DNA of 64,000 bases from an uncultured bacterium (GTDB lineage: Bacteria; Patescibacteriota; Patescibacteriia; Patescibacteriales; UBA12465). Under the pieces are notes generated by a model. It was not told where the DNA came from. It saw only the letters and a list, made by a program, of their open reading frames with translations, and did not search any database. Each line of letters opens with the position of its first letter. Position 1 is the first letter of the stretch. Positions 1 to 7,843 of this stretch are shown one piece after another. Location of the stretch: the NCBI GenBank assembly GCA_942492765.1, contig OW818634.1, positions 665,159-729,158 on the forward strand. Reading direction: 5' to 3'. The position numbers were made by a program, and so were the translations under genes.

Positions 1-1
1 G

Positions 2-790
2 AAGACCTTGTCCAGCGTCGTCGTTGCCCAGAACAAGCTCTTGAAGAACGGCATCGAGATAATCTTGGCTGGAGACGGCGATAACATCATCATTGGCGAA
101 ACCCTGGCGGTCCAGCCTTTTAAGGATTTATCTTTGCGGGATTTCGGCCGGCCGGCGCGCGATGATATGAGCGGCATGTTGCCGCCGAAATTAGCGCAGA
201 TAATGATCAATCTGGCTCAGATTAATGATTTAGAGGCTGTCTTGATAGACCCTTTCTGCGGTTCCGGTACGGTTTTAAGCGAAGCTATTATGATGGGGTA
301 CAAGCATTTATTCGCTTCCGATATATCCGCGAAAGCTGTCGAGGATACGCGCCGGAATGTCAATTGGACTAAGGAATTATATAAGATTGAAGACGTTAAG
401 TTGAAGTTATTTGTTAAGAATGTTTTGGATCTGTCCAAGTTCATCAAGGGGGATTCGGTCGCGGCCATCATCACCGAACCATATCTCGGCCCGCAAAGAG
501 GCCCAATCGCCTTCAAGACGGTTATTGGCAACCTCGAAGAGCTTTATTCCGGGTCGTTAAAGGAGTTTCATAAGGTTTTGCAGCCAGGCGGCCGCGTCGT
601 CATGATCTGGCCGATGTTCTATGGACAGCGCCCCATGACTCCAGATTATTCCGGCTTTAAGTTGTTAAATATGATCCCGGAAGATCTAAGAGGGAACGAA
701 TTCATCAAGAAACATAATCGCGACACTATCATCTATGGCCGCCCGGGACAAAAAGTCTATCGCGAGATAGCGGTGCTCGAGAAGATTTAG
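2..790 (+). CDS. SAM-dependent methyltransferase, UPF0020/Trm11-RlmL-like (5' end cut by window edge)
   Basis: Frame stays open back to position 2. Motif I 'LIDPFCGSGTVLSEA', motif IV-like 'ITEPYLGP', and 'LPPKLAQIMINLA' typical of THUMP-associated RNA methylases. Confidence 0.7.
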   Translation, partial: KTLSSVVVAQNKLLKNGIEIILAGDGDNIIIGETLAVQPFKDLSLRDFGRPARDDMSGMLPPKLAQIMINLAQINDLEAVLIDPFCGSGTVLSEAIMMGYKHLFASDISAKAVEDTRRNVNWTKELYKIEDVKLKLFVKNVLDLSKFIKGDSVAAIITEPYLGPQRGPIAFKTVIGNLEELYSGSLKEFHKVLQPGGRVVMIWPMFYGQRPMTPDYSGFKLLNMIPEDLRGNEFIKKHNRDTIIYGRPGQKVYREIAVLEKI

Positions 791-830
791 ATAGCAAAAG
801 AGTGTTTCGTATTTAAAATGTTTGCAAATA

Positions 831-860
831 AAAAAGAGCTTCTTTTGTAGGAGCTCTTTA
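831..860. terminator. Bidirectional hairpin terminator between convergent genes
   Basis: AAAGAGCT (833-840) / AGCTCTTT (852-859) stem flanked by an A-run and a T-run. Confidence 0.5.
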
Positions 861-1430
861 ATAATATACAGTTTCTTCCCAGATTATGCCCCGTTCGGTG
901 CAGCGGCATTTTTCCTGGAACCAGAATTTCCCGAAGATGACTAGGGTGCTGTCTAAGACGGGGACTAGCGCATCGTAAAATTCTTCCAGTTCCCGAGCTG
1001 TAGCGATGACTTTTTTTGCCTTGTATTTACCGCGCCTCATAGTTTGGGCACAGAACTTTTCCCAGGGAGACATTTTAAAGTTAGAAAAAACTTTATTATA
1101 TCGGCCTAGCCAATAATAGTAATTATTAACTAGAATTGCCTCTTTGGTGACTAGTACCTTATATTTTTCATATAACGGCCGGTAATCATCTTTGAAATAA
1201 TGCGAATCAAAAGTTTCAGCTTTTTCAAAAATGTCTAGGAGTCTCTTATCGCTAGCAAGGTATTCTTTGGGGGTTTTTCTTCCTGAATTTTTTGAAAAAC
1301 CGCCATATCTTTTTAATAGCATTTGAGTCTCCTTCGAGTACCCTTCATCACTCTGAGAAATTTGGGAGAATGCGGATAAAGATAAGAAAAAAGATAATCC
1401 GACAGCTAAAAATACAGTCAGGTTTTTCAT
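858..1430 (-). CDS. Hypothetical secreted protein
   Basis: ATG-started ORF with N-terminal signal-like 'MKNLTVFLAVGLSFFLSLSAFSQ'. No recognisable catalytic motif. Visibly AT-richer than its neighbours. Confidence 0.6.
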   Translation of the reverse strand: MKNLTVFLAVGLSFFLSLSAFSQISQSDEGYSKETQMLLKRYGGFSKNSGRKTPKEYLASDKRLLDIFEKAETFDSHYFKDDYRPLYEKYKVLVTKEAILVNNYYYWLGRYNKVFSNFKMSPWEKFCAQTMRRGKYKAKKVIATARELEEFYDALVPVLDSTLVIFGKFWFQEKCRCTERGIIWEETVYY

Positions 1431-1497
1431 GATTCTTTTTGTTTTTAATGGACGTATAGCTTACTTTATCATATTATTAGGATATTGTCAATCGTTT

Positions 1498-1525
1498 AAA
1501 AAAAGAGCCATGTTGGCTCTTTTTA
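1498..1525 (-). terminator. Intrinsic terminator downstream of ychF
   Basis: AGAGCCA (1504-1510) / TGGCTCT (1514-1520) with a 3-nt loop, an A-run on the plus strand (U-run on minus) and a T-run on the other side. Confidence 0.6.
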
Positions 1526-1544
1526 TAGATATATTAGTTTATTT

Positions 1545-2609
1545 TTATCTGTTTACTAAGAAATTAGCGACATCTCCATCTTGGAAGACATAGTCTTTCC
1601 CTTCAGTGCGGATAAGCCCGAGCTCTTTAGCCTTGGCCTCGCTGCCACATTCGACGAATTTTTCCCAATTGATGACTTCGGCCCTAATAAATCCTTTGAT
1701 GAAATCAGTATGGATGACGCCGGCTGCTTGCGGCGCTTTGGTACCTTTCTTGATGGTCCAGGCTCTAGTTTCGTCCGCTCCAGTCGTAAAGAAGGTTTCG
1801 AGACCTAAAGTATCATAGGCGCTCCTGATAAGCTTATCCAGGCCGCTTTGCTCTAACCCAAGCTCTTTGATGTATTCCGCCTGATCTTCTTCGGGGAGAT
1901 TAGCGATTTCTTCTTCGAGCTTCACATTGACTTTAATGACCGCTTCCTTAGTGCCCGGAAGAACATCTCCGGAATGGCCCTCGTCAATATTCAGGAGATA
2001 TATCATCGGTTTGATAGTCAAAAGATTCAGGGTCTTAACGAAAACCATCTCTTCGTCATCAAAGATTAATTCTCTGGCGGCTTTTCCAGCGGCCAGATGC
2101 TCAAATATCTTCTCTAGAATCTTGTTATTGGCGATAATCTCCTTATCTCCGCTTTTGGCCTCGCGCCGGCTCTTGTCCAGGCGTTTTTCAATTGTAGATA
2201 GATCGGCTAATATCAGCTCAGTATTGATAGTTTCTTTGTCTTCGGCTGGATTGACGCGCCCTTCCACATGAATGACGTTTTCGTCCTTGAAGTCGCGGAC
2301 AACCTCGCAGATAGCATCACATTCTCTAATATGAGCCAAGAATTGATTTCCGAGACCCTCACCCTTAGAGGCGCCAGCAACAAGTCCGGCAATATCGACG
2401 AATTCAATCGTCGTCGGAATGACTTTAGCTGGCTTGGAAACGGCCGCCAGCTTATCTAAGCGAAAATCAGGGACTTTGACGACTCCGACGTTGGGATCAA
2501 TGGTGCAGAAAGGGTAATTAGCCGCTTCTACACCCTTTTTAGTTAAGATATTGAATAAAGTGGACTTGCCGACATTCGGCAGGCCGACGATTCCGATTGA
2601 TAAAGCCAT
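1545..2609 (-). CDS. ychF: Ribosome-binding ATPase YchF (Obg-family)
   Basis: 'GIVGLPNVGKSTLFN' P-loop, 'DIAGLVAGASKGEGLGN' G3, and C-terminal 'GVIHTDFIKGFIRAEV' TGS-like region. Length is typical. Confidence 0.93.
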   Translation of the reverse strand: MALSIGIVGLPNVGKSTLFNILTKKGVEAANYPFCTIDPNVGVVKVPDFRLDKLAAVSKPAKVIPTTIEFVDIAGLVAGASKGEGLGNQFLAHIRECDAICEVVRDFKDENVIHVEGRVNPAEDKETINTELILADLSTIEKRLDKSRREAKSGDKEIIANNKILEKIFEHLAAGKAARELIFDDEEMVFVKTLNLLTIKPMIYLLNIDEGHSGDVLPGTKEAVIKVNVKLEEEIANLPEEDQAEYIKELGLEQSGLDKLIRSAYDTLGLETFFTTGADETRAWTIKKGTKAPQAAGVIHTDFIKGFIRAEVINWEKFVECGSEAKAKELGLIRTEGKDYVFQDGDVANFLVNR

Positions 2610-3156
2610 AATAGTTATATATGTTTTCGAGTATAGCGATAATTTTGTCTTTTGCCAAATAGAGCCTATATTTTTGAAAAAAAAGAGACCCAGATGGGCC
2701 CCTCTTTATATAAAAAAATGAATATAAATACTAGGCCGTATCTGAGTCTCATCCCCAATTTGATAATCCATTTTTGGATTGTTTTTGATCGAGGATTTTG
2801 GCTCTTTGCTAACTTAAAGTGCATGTTATTACCATCTTCTAGCAAATTTGTTTTTATTTTAATTATTTTTGCTAATTTTTAATAAGATTTAGTAAAAATT
2901 TCTTTTTTGATTTTTATTAGATCTCATAGCTTTTTATTAGCACTATGATTTGCTCAGAATTTTTATCGATCATGTTAGCTCTGATCGTGATAAATGAAGA
3001 TAGTTAATGAACTTATATTTATTATAGCACTTTTAAATATAGGGGTCAAATATCTTGGACTTAAAGTCAATGTTTTTGATGTTTTGTCTAATATTAAATA
3101 AAATATGTCTATTTTATCTTTTTAAGTCCAAGCTATTTTAGACTTAAAATTATAGT

Positions 3157-3210
3157 TTATACACATAAAACACAAGTTATCCACAGTTTTTAGAGTTATT
3201 TTGTGAATAA
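3157..3210. promoter_or_regulatory. Cluster of three DnaA-box-like 9-mers (TTATNCACA)
   Basis: TTATACACA 3157-3165, TTATCCACA 3177-3185 (perfect consensus), and TGTGAATAA 3202-3210 (reverse complement TTATTCACA). They lie at the edge of an AT-rich, ORF-poor spacer (about 2690-3200). Confidence 0.35.
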
Positions 3211-3238
3211 AAAATAATATCCTGGGTAGGATATTATT
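3209..3238 (-). terminator. Intrinsic terminator of tRNA-Cys
   Basis: AATAATATCC (3213-3222) / GGATATTATT (3229-3238) perfect 10-bp stem with a 6-nt loop. A U-run follows on the minus strand (A-run 3209-3212). Confidence 0.6.
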
Positions 3239-3243
3239 TAGTG

Positions 3244-3317
3244 AGGCTTGGGTGGGAGTCGAACCCACGAATGACAGTTTTGCAAACTGTAGCGTTAGAC
3301 CACTTCGCCACCAAGCC
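3244..3317 (-). tRNA. tRNA-Cys (GCA)
   Basis: Hand-folded 74-nt cloverleaf: acceptor GGCTTGG/CCAAGCC, anticodon stem ACAGT/ACTGT with loop TTGCAAA, T-arm GTGGG-TTCGACT-CCCAC, and discriminator U73 (Cys identity element). No encoded CCA. It lies 30 nt downstream of the capA-like gene. Confidence 0.9.
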
Positions 3318-3347
3318 GCGATCATTAACCGACTTTTGAATTTTAGC

Positions 3348-4481
3348 TTATCTCTTTTCAGTTGTAAACAGTTTTAGCTCTCCGTCTGCCGGAATATTAA
3401 GTTTTTTGAGCAAGGCCTCTTTTTCCGGGCCGTCCTCCATTACTTCGGCTTGGCCGTAATCCCGAATCTTTATGGGGATAAGCTCTATCTTTTCCCAGCT
3501 GTTATTCTTCCAACTTAGTTTGGCGATCAATCCTTGGCTAGTCTCCAGCGACCACATTTGATCAAAGATCAGGTTGCCCAGAGAATAGATAATCGGCTTG
3601 CCTAGATAGGTTTCCCATACTTGCGGCCAATGCGGATGATGGCCGATAACCAGATCGGCGCCGTTCTCTATGGCTGTATGAGCGAAAGCGACCTGCTGCT
3701 TATTCGGCTCGGTCGTATATTCTTCGCCGGCATGCATCATGACTATAATAACGTCAGCCTCGCTTTTTAGGTTCTTGATATCATCTGCCATCTTACCTAT
3801 ATTCATGCTAGCGATGCCAGGACGCTTATTAGTAGCGATCGAGTCATCTTCTGGATAAGCATAGTCTAGAAAACCGAATCTTTCGTTATTAACGATAAAC
3901 ACTTTGGCTTTATGGGCTATTTCTTCGTTATTTCCGGCGCCAATCGCCTCTATTTTGGCTTCGGATAAGACTGCTTGCGTCTTTGCTAAGCCCTTAGCGC
4001 CTTGATTCATGATATGGTTATTAGCTAAAGCGGCGAGATCCACGCCGGATTCTATAAGCCCAGCAGTAGCTTCCGGATTGGCCTTGAACATAAACGACCC
4101 GGTCGGCACGAAATAATTTTTAGATTCCAAGAAAGGAGACTCCAGATTAACAATTGTCAGATCGGCGGCGCTTAAGAAATCAGCAATCTTAAGGAACGGC
4201 CAGGAATAATCCTTATTCTTTTCTATCTTGTCATTAACATGGCGAGAGAGCATGACGTCGCCGCCGAAAATAAGAGTAGTGGGCCGTATTTCCGTTAAGG
4301 GTAATTGTTGTCCATCAGTGGCACCGGGCTTCGAGGGGGAAGAAAATATATTAGAGATGATATTGCCTGAGGTATCTGGAGCGGCCGGAGAAACGGCTAT
4401 GCGAAATAAGAAAAATATCGCTAATACTGAAATAATAGCGACAGAGACGATGATTATGATCTTTTCAGTTCTCTTATCCAT
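3348..4481 (-). CDS. CapA/PGA_cap-family metallophosphatase-like protein, membrane anchored
   Basis: 'GGDVMLSR', 'NLESP', 'ANNH', 'MHAGEEY', 'GHHPH' signature series. N-terminal TM 'IIIIVSVAIISVLAIFFLF'. Confidence 0.8.
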   Translation of the reverse strand: MDKRTEKIIIIVSVAIISVLAIFFLFRIAVSPAAPDTSGNIISNIFSSPSKPGATDGQQLPLTEIRPTTLIFGGDVMLSRHVNDKIEKNKDYSWPFLKIADFLSAADLTIVNLESPFLESKNYFVPTGSFMFKANPEATAGLIESGVDLAALANNHIMNQGAKGLAKTQAVLSEAKIEAIGAGNNEEIAHKAKVFIVNNERFGFLDYAYPEDDSIATNKRPGIASMNIGKMADDIKNLKSEADVIIVMMHAGEEYTTEPNKQQVAFAHTAIENGADLVIGHHPHWPQVWETYLGKPIIYSLGNLIFDQMWSLETSQGLIAKLSWKNNSWEKIELIPIKIRDYGQAEVMEDGPEKEALLKKLNIPADGELKLFTTEKR

Positions 4482-4541
4482 GATTATATTATAGCATTAA
4501 ATCAGAGCTTTTGCGGGTAAAATAGGGAATATGGGATCAGA

Positions 4542-4570
4542 TTGACAAGATTTAAAAAAATATATAAAAT
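4542..4570 (+). promoter_or_regulatory. Sigma-70-type promoter for tRNA-Glu
   Basis: TTGACA (4542-4547), 17-nt spacer, TAAAAT (4565-4570), about 45 nt upstream of the tRNA 5' end. Confidence 0.5.
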
Positions 4571-4614
4571 AATCTTGCGATTAAGGAATATCCTTAATCT
4601 TATTTAATATTCGA

Positions 4615-4686
4615 GGTCCCTTCGTCTAGTGGTTAGGACGTCAGGTTTTCATCCTGTTAACAGGGGTTCGATTCCCCTAGGGACTA
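4615..4686 (+). tRNA. tRNA-Glu (UUC)
   Basis: Hand-folded 72-nt cloverleaf: acceptor GGTCCCT/AGGGACT, D-arm GTCT..GGAC, anticodon loop TTTTCAT (anticodon TTC), and T-arm AGGGG-TTCGATT-CCCCT. No encoded CCA. Confidence 0.9.
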
Positions 4687-6172
4687 CTATTGGAGAATTA
4701 GCACTTGCTAGTTCTCTTTTGTTTTGTAAAATTAGCGAAAGATTAGGTGTTCGATTTCCTGAAAAATCAAAAATGGGTTTTTCCGTAAAAATCAAACTCT
4801 GATATTTTAGTTTATCTTCATAACTAGCTTTTTTATAAGCCGGAGCAAGAGAAGATAAGACTTTAAAAACTTTGTCTACTTCTTTGAAGATATTCCGGTT
4901 ATAAGACGGCTGATCGCAAGCGGTAGCCTGAGTTTCTGAAATATTTTGTTTTACTTTTTCCATTTCGTTTTTAAAATCCTCATCATCCAATAAATCTTTT
5001 TTCTTCATTTCAATCAGTTTAGCTTTTTCCGTTTGGAGAACGGCTAATTTTTCTTTAGTTAAATTTGAGTTATTGTTTTCCTCGCCCGTTTTTTCATTAA
5101 AGACGTCTATCAATATTTTCTTATAGTTTTTTAAAACCACTTCACTCGGCGTAATTCTTTTTAAAAAGTCATGAAATTCTCCCTCTAGTTTATCTTTGGA
5201 AATGCATTTTAAGCCGTGGCAGTCTTTGTTATAACATTTATAAAACGGATAGAGTTTTCCGCTTTTGCCTTTGGAAAAATGAGCGGTCAATGGCCGGCCA
5301 CAATGAGGACATAAAATAAAATGTCGGAGCGGAAAAGATTCGTTAACTCTGGCAATAGAAATATTATCGCCTTTATTTCCAGTTTTGATTTGTTTTTGGC
5401 ATTTATAGAAGATTGATTCGTTAATTATTTGCTCGTGAGTGCCTTGATATTCTTGGCCTTTGACGGTCATTATTCCTAGATAGAATTTCTCGGTTAATAT
5501 CTTAAATAAAGTTTGGCTAGTTAATTCTTTATTTTTCCACGATTTGAATCCGGCTTTGATCATTAACTTCCGTATTTCTTCCATTTGATAGGCTCCGGTT
5601 GAGAATTTATCAAAGGCCATTTTAATAATCTCCGCTCTTGGTCTGTCTATCGTTATAATGGCTCTATTTTGCTCATCACGCTTGTTTAGATAACCGAGAG
5701 GAGCTTTATAGCACCAAATGCCTTGCTTAATTTTTTCAAGCATACAAGACGATACTCTTTCACTTCTAACATCATTATCGAATTGAGCGAACGAGGCCAT
5801 TATTGTGCCGATTAGTTTTCCGCTCGGTGTTTTATCGACTGTTTCCGTGGCGGAGATAAACTTAATTTTTAATTCTTCTAAGGCCATTAAAATAGTAGCG
5901 TAATCTTTTACGTTTCTTGATAGTCTATCAATTTTATAGACGATAACGGAATCAAGATTTTTATAATTCTTGGAGCAATAACTTAATAATTCCTGTAGGC
6001 CTTTACGGTTTACAGTTTTAGCGGACAGGCCATCATCGTGGAACATCTCAACAATTTCAATATCATGATTAAGGGCATATTCTTGGCAGGCCTTTTTCTG
6101 TTGCTCAAGACTAACCCCGTTTTGGGCTTGGTCTTCGGTTGAAACTCGGTAATAAATAATTCCTTTTTGCAT
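4649..6172 (-). CDS. Large serine recombinase (integrase type)
   Basis: 'GIIYYRVSTEDQ' catalytic-Ser motif, 'GLSAKTVNRKGLQELL', 'VYKIDRLSRN', recombinase domain 'APLGY', and Zn-ribbon 'CPHCG...FYKCYNKDC'. A coiled-coil tail follows. Start moved to the ATG at 6172 (MQKG), 16 codons inside the track's start at 6220. The last ~13 codons are antisense to tRNA-Glu. Confidence 0.85.
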   Translation of the reverse strand: MQKGIIYYRVSTEDQAQNGVSLEQQKKACQEYALNHDIEIVEMFHDDGLSAKTVNRKGLQELLSYCSKNYKNLDSVIVYKIDRLSRNVKDYATILMALEELKIKFISATETVDKTPSGKLIGTIMASFAQFDNDVRSERVSSCMLEKIKQGIWCYKAPLGYLNKRDEQNRAIITIDRPRAEIIKMAFDKFSTGAYQMEEIRKLMIKAGFKSWKNKELTSQTLFKILTEKFYLGIMTVKGQEYQGTHEQIINESIFYKCQKQIKTGNKGDNISIARVNESFPLRHFILCPHCGRPLTAHFSKGKSGKLYPFYKCYNKDCHGLKCISKDKLEGEFHDFLKRITPSEVVLKNYKKILIDVFNEKTGEENNNSNLTKEKLAVLQTEKAKLIEMKKKDLLDDEDFKNEMEKVKQNISETQATACDQPSYNRNIFKEVDKVFKVLSSLAPAYKKASYEDKLKYQSLIFTEKPIFDFSGNRTPNLSLILQNKRELASANSPIVVPRGIEPLLTG

Positions 6173-6212
6173 AGAATTAAAGGTTAATAAATAAAAAGAG
6201 AGCGGTAAACTG

Positions 6213-6332
6213 TTGGACACAACTTAGCAAAAGCCTTGTTGTACAGCCACCGCTCTCTTTATATCAAAACGACTTATCTCGTCGCTTGGACGTAAAAATA
6301 AAATGGCTCTCTGCTATATAAGTTGTGTCCAA
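6213..6332. repeat. Nested inverted repeats upstream of the recombinase gene
   Basis: TTGGACACAACTTA (6213-6226) / TAAGTTGTGTCCAA (6319-6332), perfect 14 bp. Nearby pair AGAGAGCGGT (6197-6206) / ACCGCTCTCT (6248-6257), perfect 10 bp. Confidence 0.6.
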
Positions 6333-6357
6333 GTGTAATTCTATCATATTTTTGTAT

Positions 6358-6519
6358 TTATTCAATATTATTAGTTTTCTTATAAATGTTATTTTTATAG
6401 AAGTTATAGGCGAGATAGGCCAGTTGATAGAGATCACGCCTCATGAGAGTGAGCTCTTCTTCGGAATAATCCGAGGCATGCGAGCCGAGATTCTTCCGGA
6501 AACTGTCCATACTTATCAT
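6358..6519 (-). CDS. Small hypothetical protein (53 aa), not in supplied ORF track
   Basis: The ATG at 6519 translates to MISMDSFRKNLGSHASDYSEEELTLMRRDLYQLAYLAYNFYKNNIYKKTNNIE and ends with TAA. It is co-oriented between Rep and the recombinase and is more protein-like than the hydrophobic plus-strand ORF 6325-6549. Confidence 0.35.
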   Translation of the reverse strand: MISMDSFRKNLGSHASDYSEEELTLMRRDLYQLAYLAYNFYKNNIYKKTNNIE

Positions 6520-6569
6520 GTTTTTGGTTGCACATATGTTTTACTTTAAAAGGGTTTAATCAAAGACTG

Positions 6570-7370
6570 CTAACCGTTTTTAAAGAGGCGGTAGCGAACC
6601 TCTCCGACATATTCGGAATGATACTGCTTATCGAGCAATAATTCAGGAGGCGATTTTAAGCTGTTAAAATACTCTCTGGCCTTAACCCCGATGAAGACTT
6701 CGGGCTTTATTAACTGGCGAGAATAAAAGATTTTTTTCTTGCCGGCTAGTCGGCCGTCAAACAATTCTTTACCGATATACTTAGCGACATATAAACCAAC
6801 ACGAGAAACGTGGCGGACGTTATTAATCTTAACGAAACCGAATTTCCAGATATCAGCTAATAGGCTATTAGCCGTATGGGGTAAGTTAGACAAAACGTGA
6901 TAATGAATATTTCCGCCGAACTCCTTTTTAATCTTAGAGTGGAAATAATAATCTCCTTGAAATTCGGGAACGGCTAAATATCGTAAATCCGGATAATGTC
7001 GTTTTAATCTTTTAATAAAGTTAGAAAAGATTAAATTACACTTGGTAATATCCGTAAACGAGCCGTCGTCTGATTTCTTGTCGTCAAAGGTTAGAGTAAT
7101 GAAGACTTTTAATTCGGGATTTGAATTAACGAGTCGGACAATATTAGCTCTTGTCCGGCGAAACGAAAATTCATTTCTTTTAAACCGATTATGTTCTTTA
7201 TTTTCTTTTTCCTCTTCGCTTTCTTTTGCCTCTGCCACTTTGAGCTTTTTCTTGCTTTGTCTTCTTTTCCGTTTGTGGTTGATTCTAATCGCTTGTTCGT
7301 AGTTATACACTTCTATCAAATCGCCTGATCTGATAAGTTTTTGCCGATAAGCTAATGGTTTGATATCCAT
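6570..7370 (-). CDS. HUH-superfamily rolling-circle replication initiator (Rep)
   Basis: Motif 1 'VFITLTFDD', motif 2 'NIHYHVLSN' (HUH), and motif 3 'GLYVAKYIGKE' (catalytic Tyr + Lys). This is the same three-motif order as the phiX174/gokushovirus VP4 and pC194-type Reps. The N-terminal tract is basic. Confidence 0.75.
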   Translation of the reverse strand: MDIKPLAYRQKLIRSGDLIEVYNYEQAIRINHKRKRRQSKKKLKVAEAKESEEEKENKEHNRFKRNEFSFRRTRANIVRLVNSNPELKVFITLTFDDKKSDDGSFTDITKCNLIFSNFIKRLKRHYPDLRYLAVPEFQGDYYFHSKIKKEFGGNIHYHVLSNLPHTANSLLADIWKFGFVKINNVRHVSRVGLYVAKYIGKELFDGRLAGKKKIFYSRQLIKPEVFIGVKAREYFNSLKSPPELLLDKQYHSEYVGEVRYRLFKNG

Positions 7371-7385
7371 AGGCTAACGGCGTTA

Positions 7386-7417
7386 AGTGTGCCTATAGTC
7401 AAGTTAATAGGCACACT
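7386..7417. repeat. Perfect hairpin, candidate Rep nick site / double-strand origin
   Basis: AGTGTGCCTAT (7386-7396) / ATAGGCACACT (7407-7417) with a 10-nt loop. On the Rep-coding strand the loop reads TAACTTGACT. It lies 16 nt upstream of the Rep start codon. Confidence 0.55.
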
Positions 7418-7441
7418 AGTTTTTGTTCTTGATTAACACTA

Positions 7442-7522
7442 CCGGTCGCCCCCTGTTTTTCTTCTTCGGCTCCCCCACGGGGGATCCGCCGAAGAAGAAA
7501 AAAACAGCGGGGGTCGAGCCGG
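7442..7522. repeat. ~80-nt imperfect palindrome (long hairpin/cruciform)
   Basis: CTTCTTCGGC (7461-7470) pairs with GCCGAAGAAG (7488-7497). T5/A7 runs, CCCCC/GGGGG and CCGGTCG/CGAGCCGG extend the arms. The apical part is CCCCCACGGGGG (7472-7483). Confidence 0.7.
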
Positions 7523-7797
7523 ACTATGTTTACATCAAAGGGACACTAAAAGAAGTTAGAGACGTCTTACTGGGGCTTAGCAGTAGCCCCGATAAGACGG
7601 CCACTCGGCCAAACAAAAAACACAAGCCATATATCCGGATATATTGCTCGTGTTTTAAGTTGAATTGGCAAAGATTTAGACTTTGCTCGTTATTATATTG
7701 AAGACTGCGTGTTTAAATTCATGGACGTAATCTGACTAGCCGTAGCTAGGTTTTATCTTCCTGCCTTATTATTGTTTATTAATAAGTCTATGAGGGC

Positions 7798-7826
7798 ATT
7801 ATAGCATAAAATAGGGGGTGAATCAA
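7798..7826 (-). promoter_or_regulatory. Near-consensus sigma-70 promoter reading toward Rep
   Basis: Minus strand: TTGATT (7826-7821), 17-nt spacer ending in TG, TATAAT (7803-7798). It sits immediately after the stop of the upstream gene, about 420 nt before the Rep ATG. Confidence 0.45.
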
Positions 7827-7843
7827 GAGGTAAAATTATTTAA

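Noticed and set aside
2652-3325. ORFs 2652-2882 (+) and 3122-3325 (-) in the AT-rich spacer.
   Set aside because: The first has a non-ATG start in very AT-rich DNA. The second runs through tRNA-Cys and its terminator. Neither has an SD or recognisable motifs.
6325-6549. Plus-strand 74-aa ORF between the recombinase and Rep.
   Set aside because: It has a non-ATG start and an implausible hydrophobic composition, and it is oriented against all neighbouring island genes. The minus-strand 53-aa ATG ORF fits better.
7423-7701. Plus-strand ORF (92 aa) upstream of Rep.
   Set aside because: It starts with a non-ATG codon and reads straight through the palindromes. The FFFF and KKKK runs are the two arms of the same inverted repeat. 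This is better explained as origin or leader DNA.
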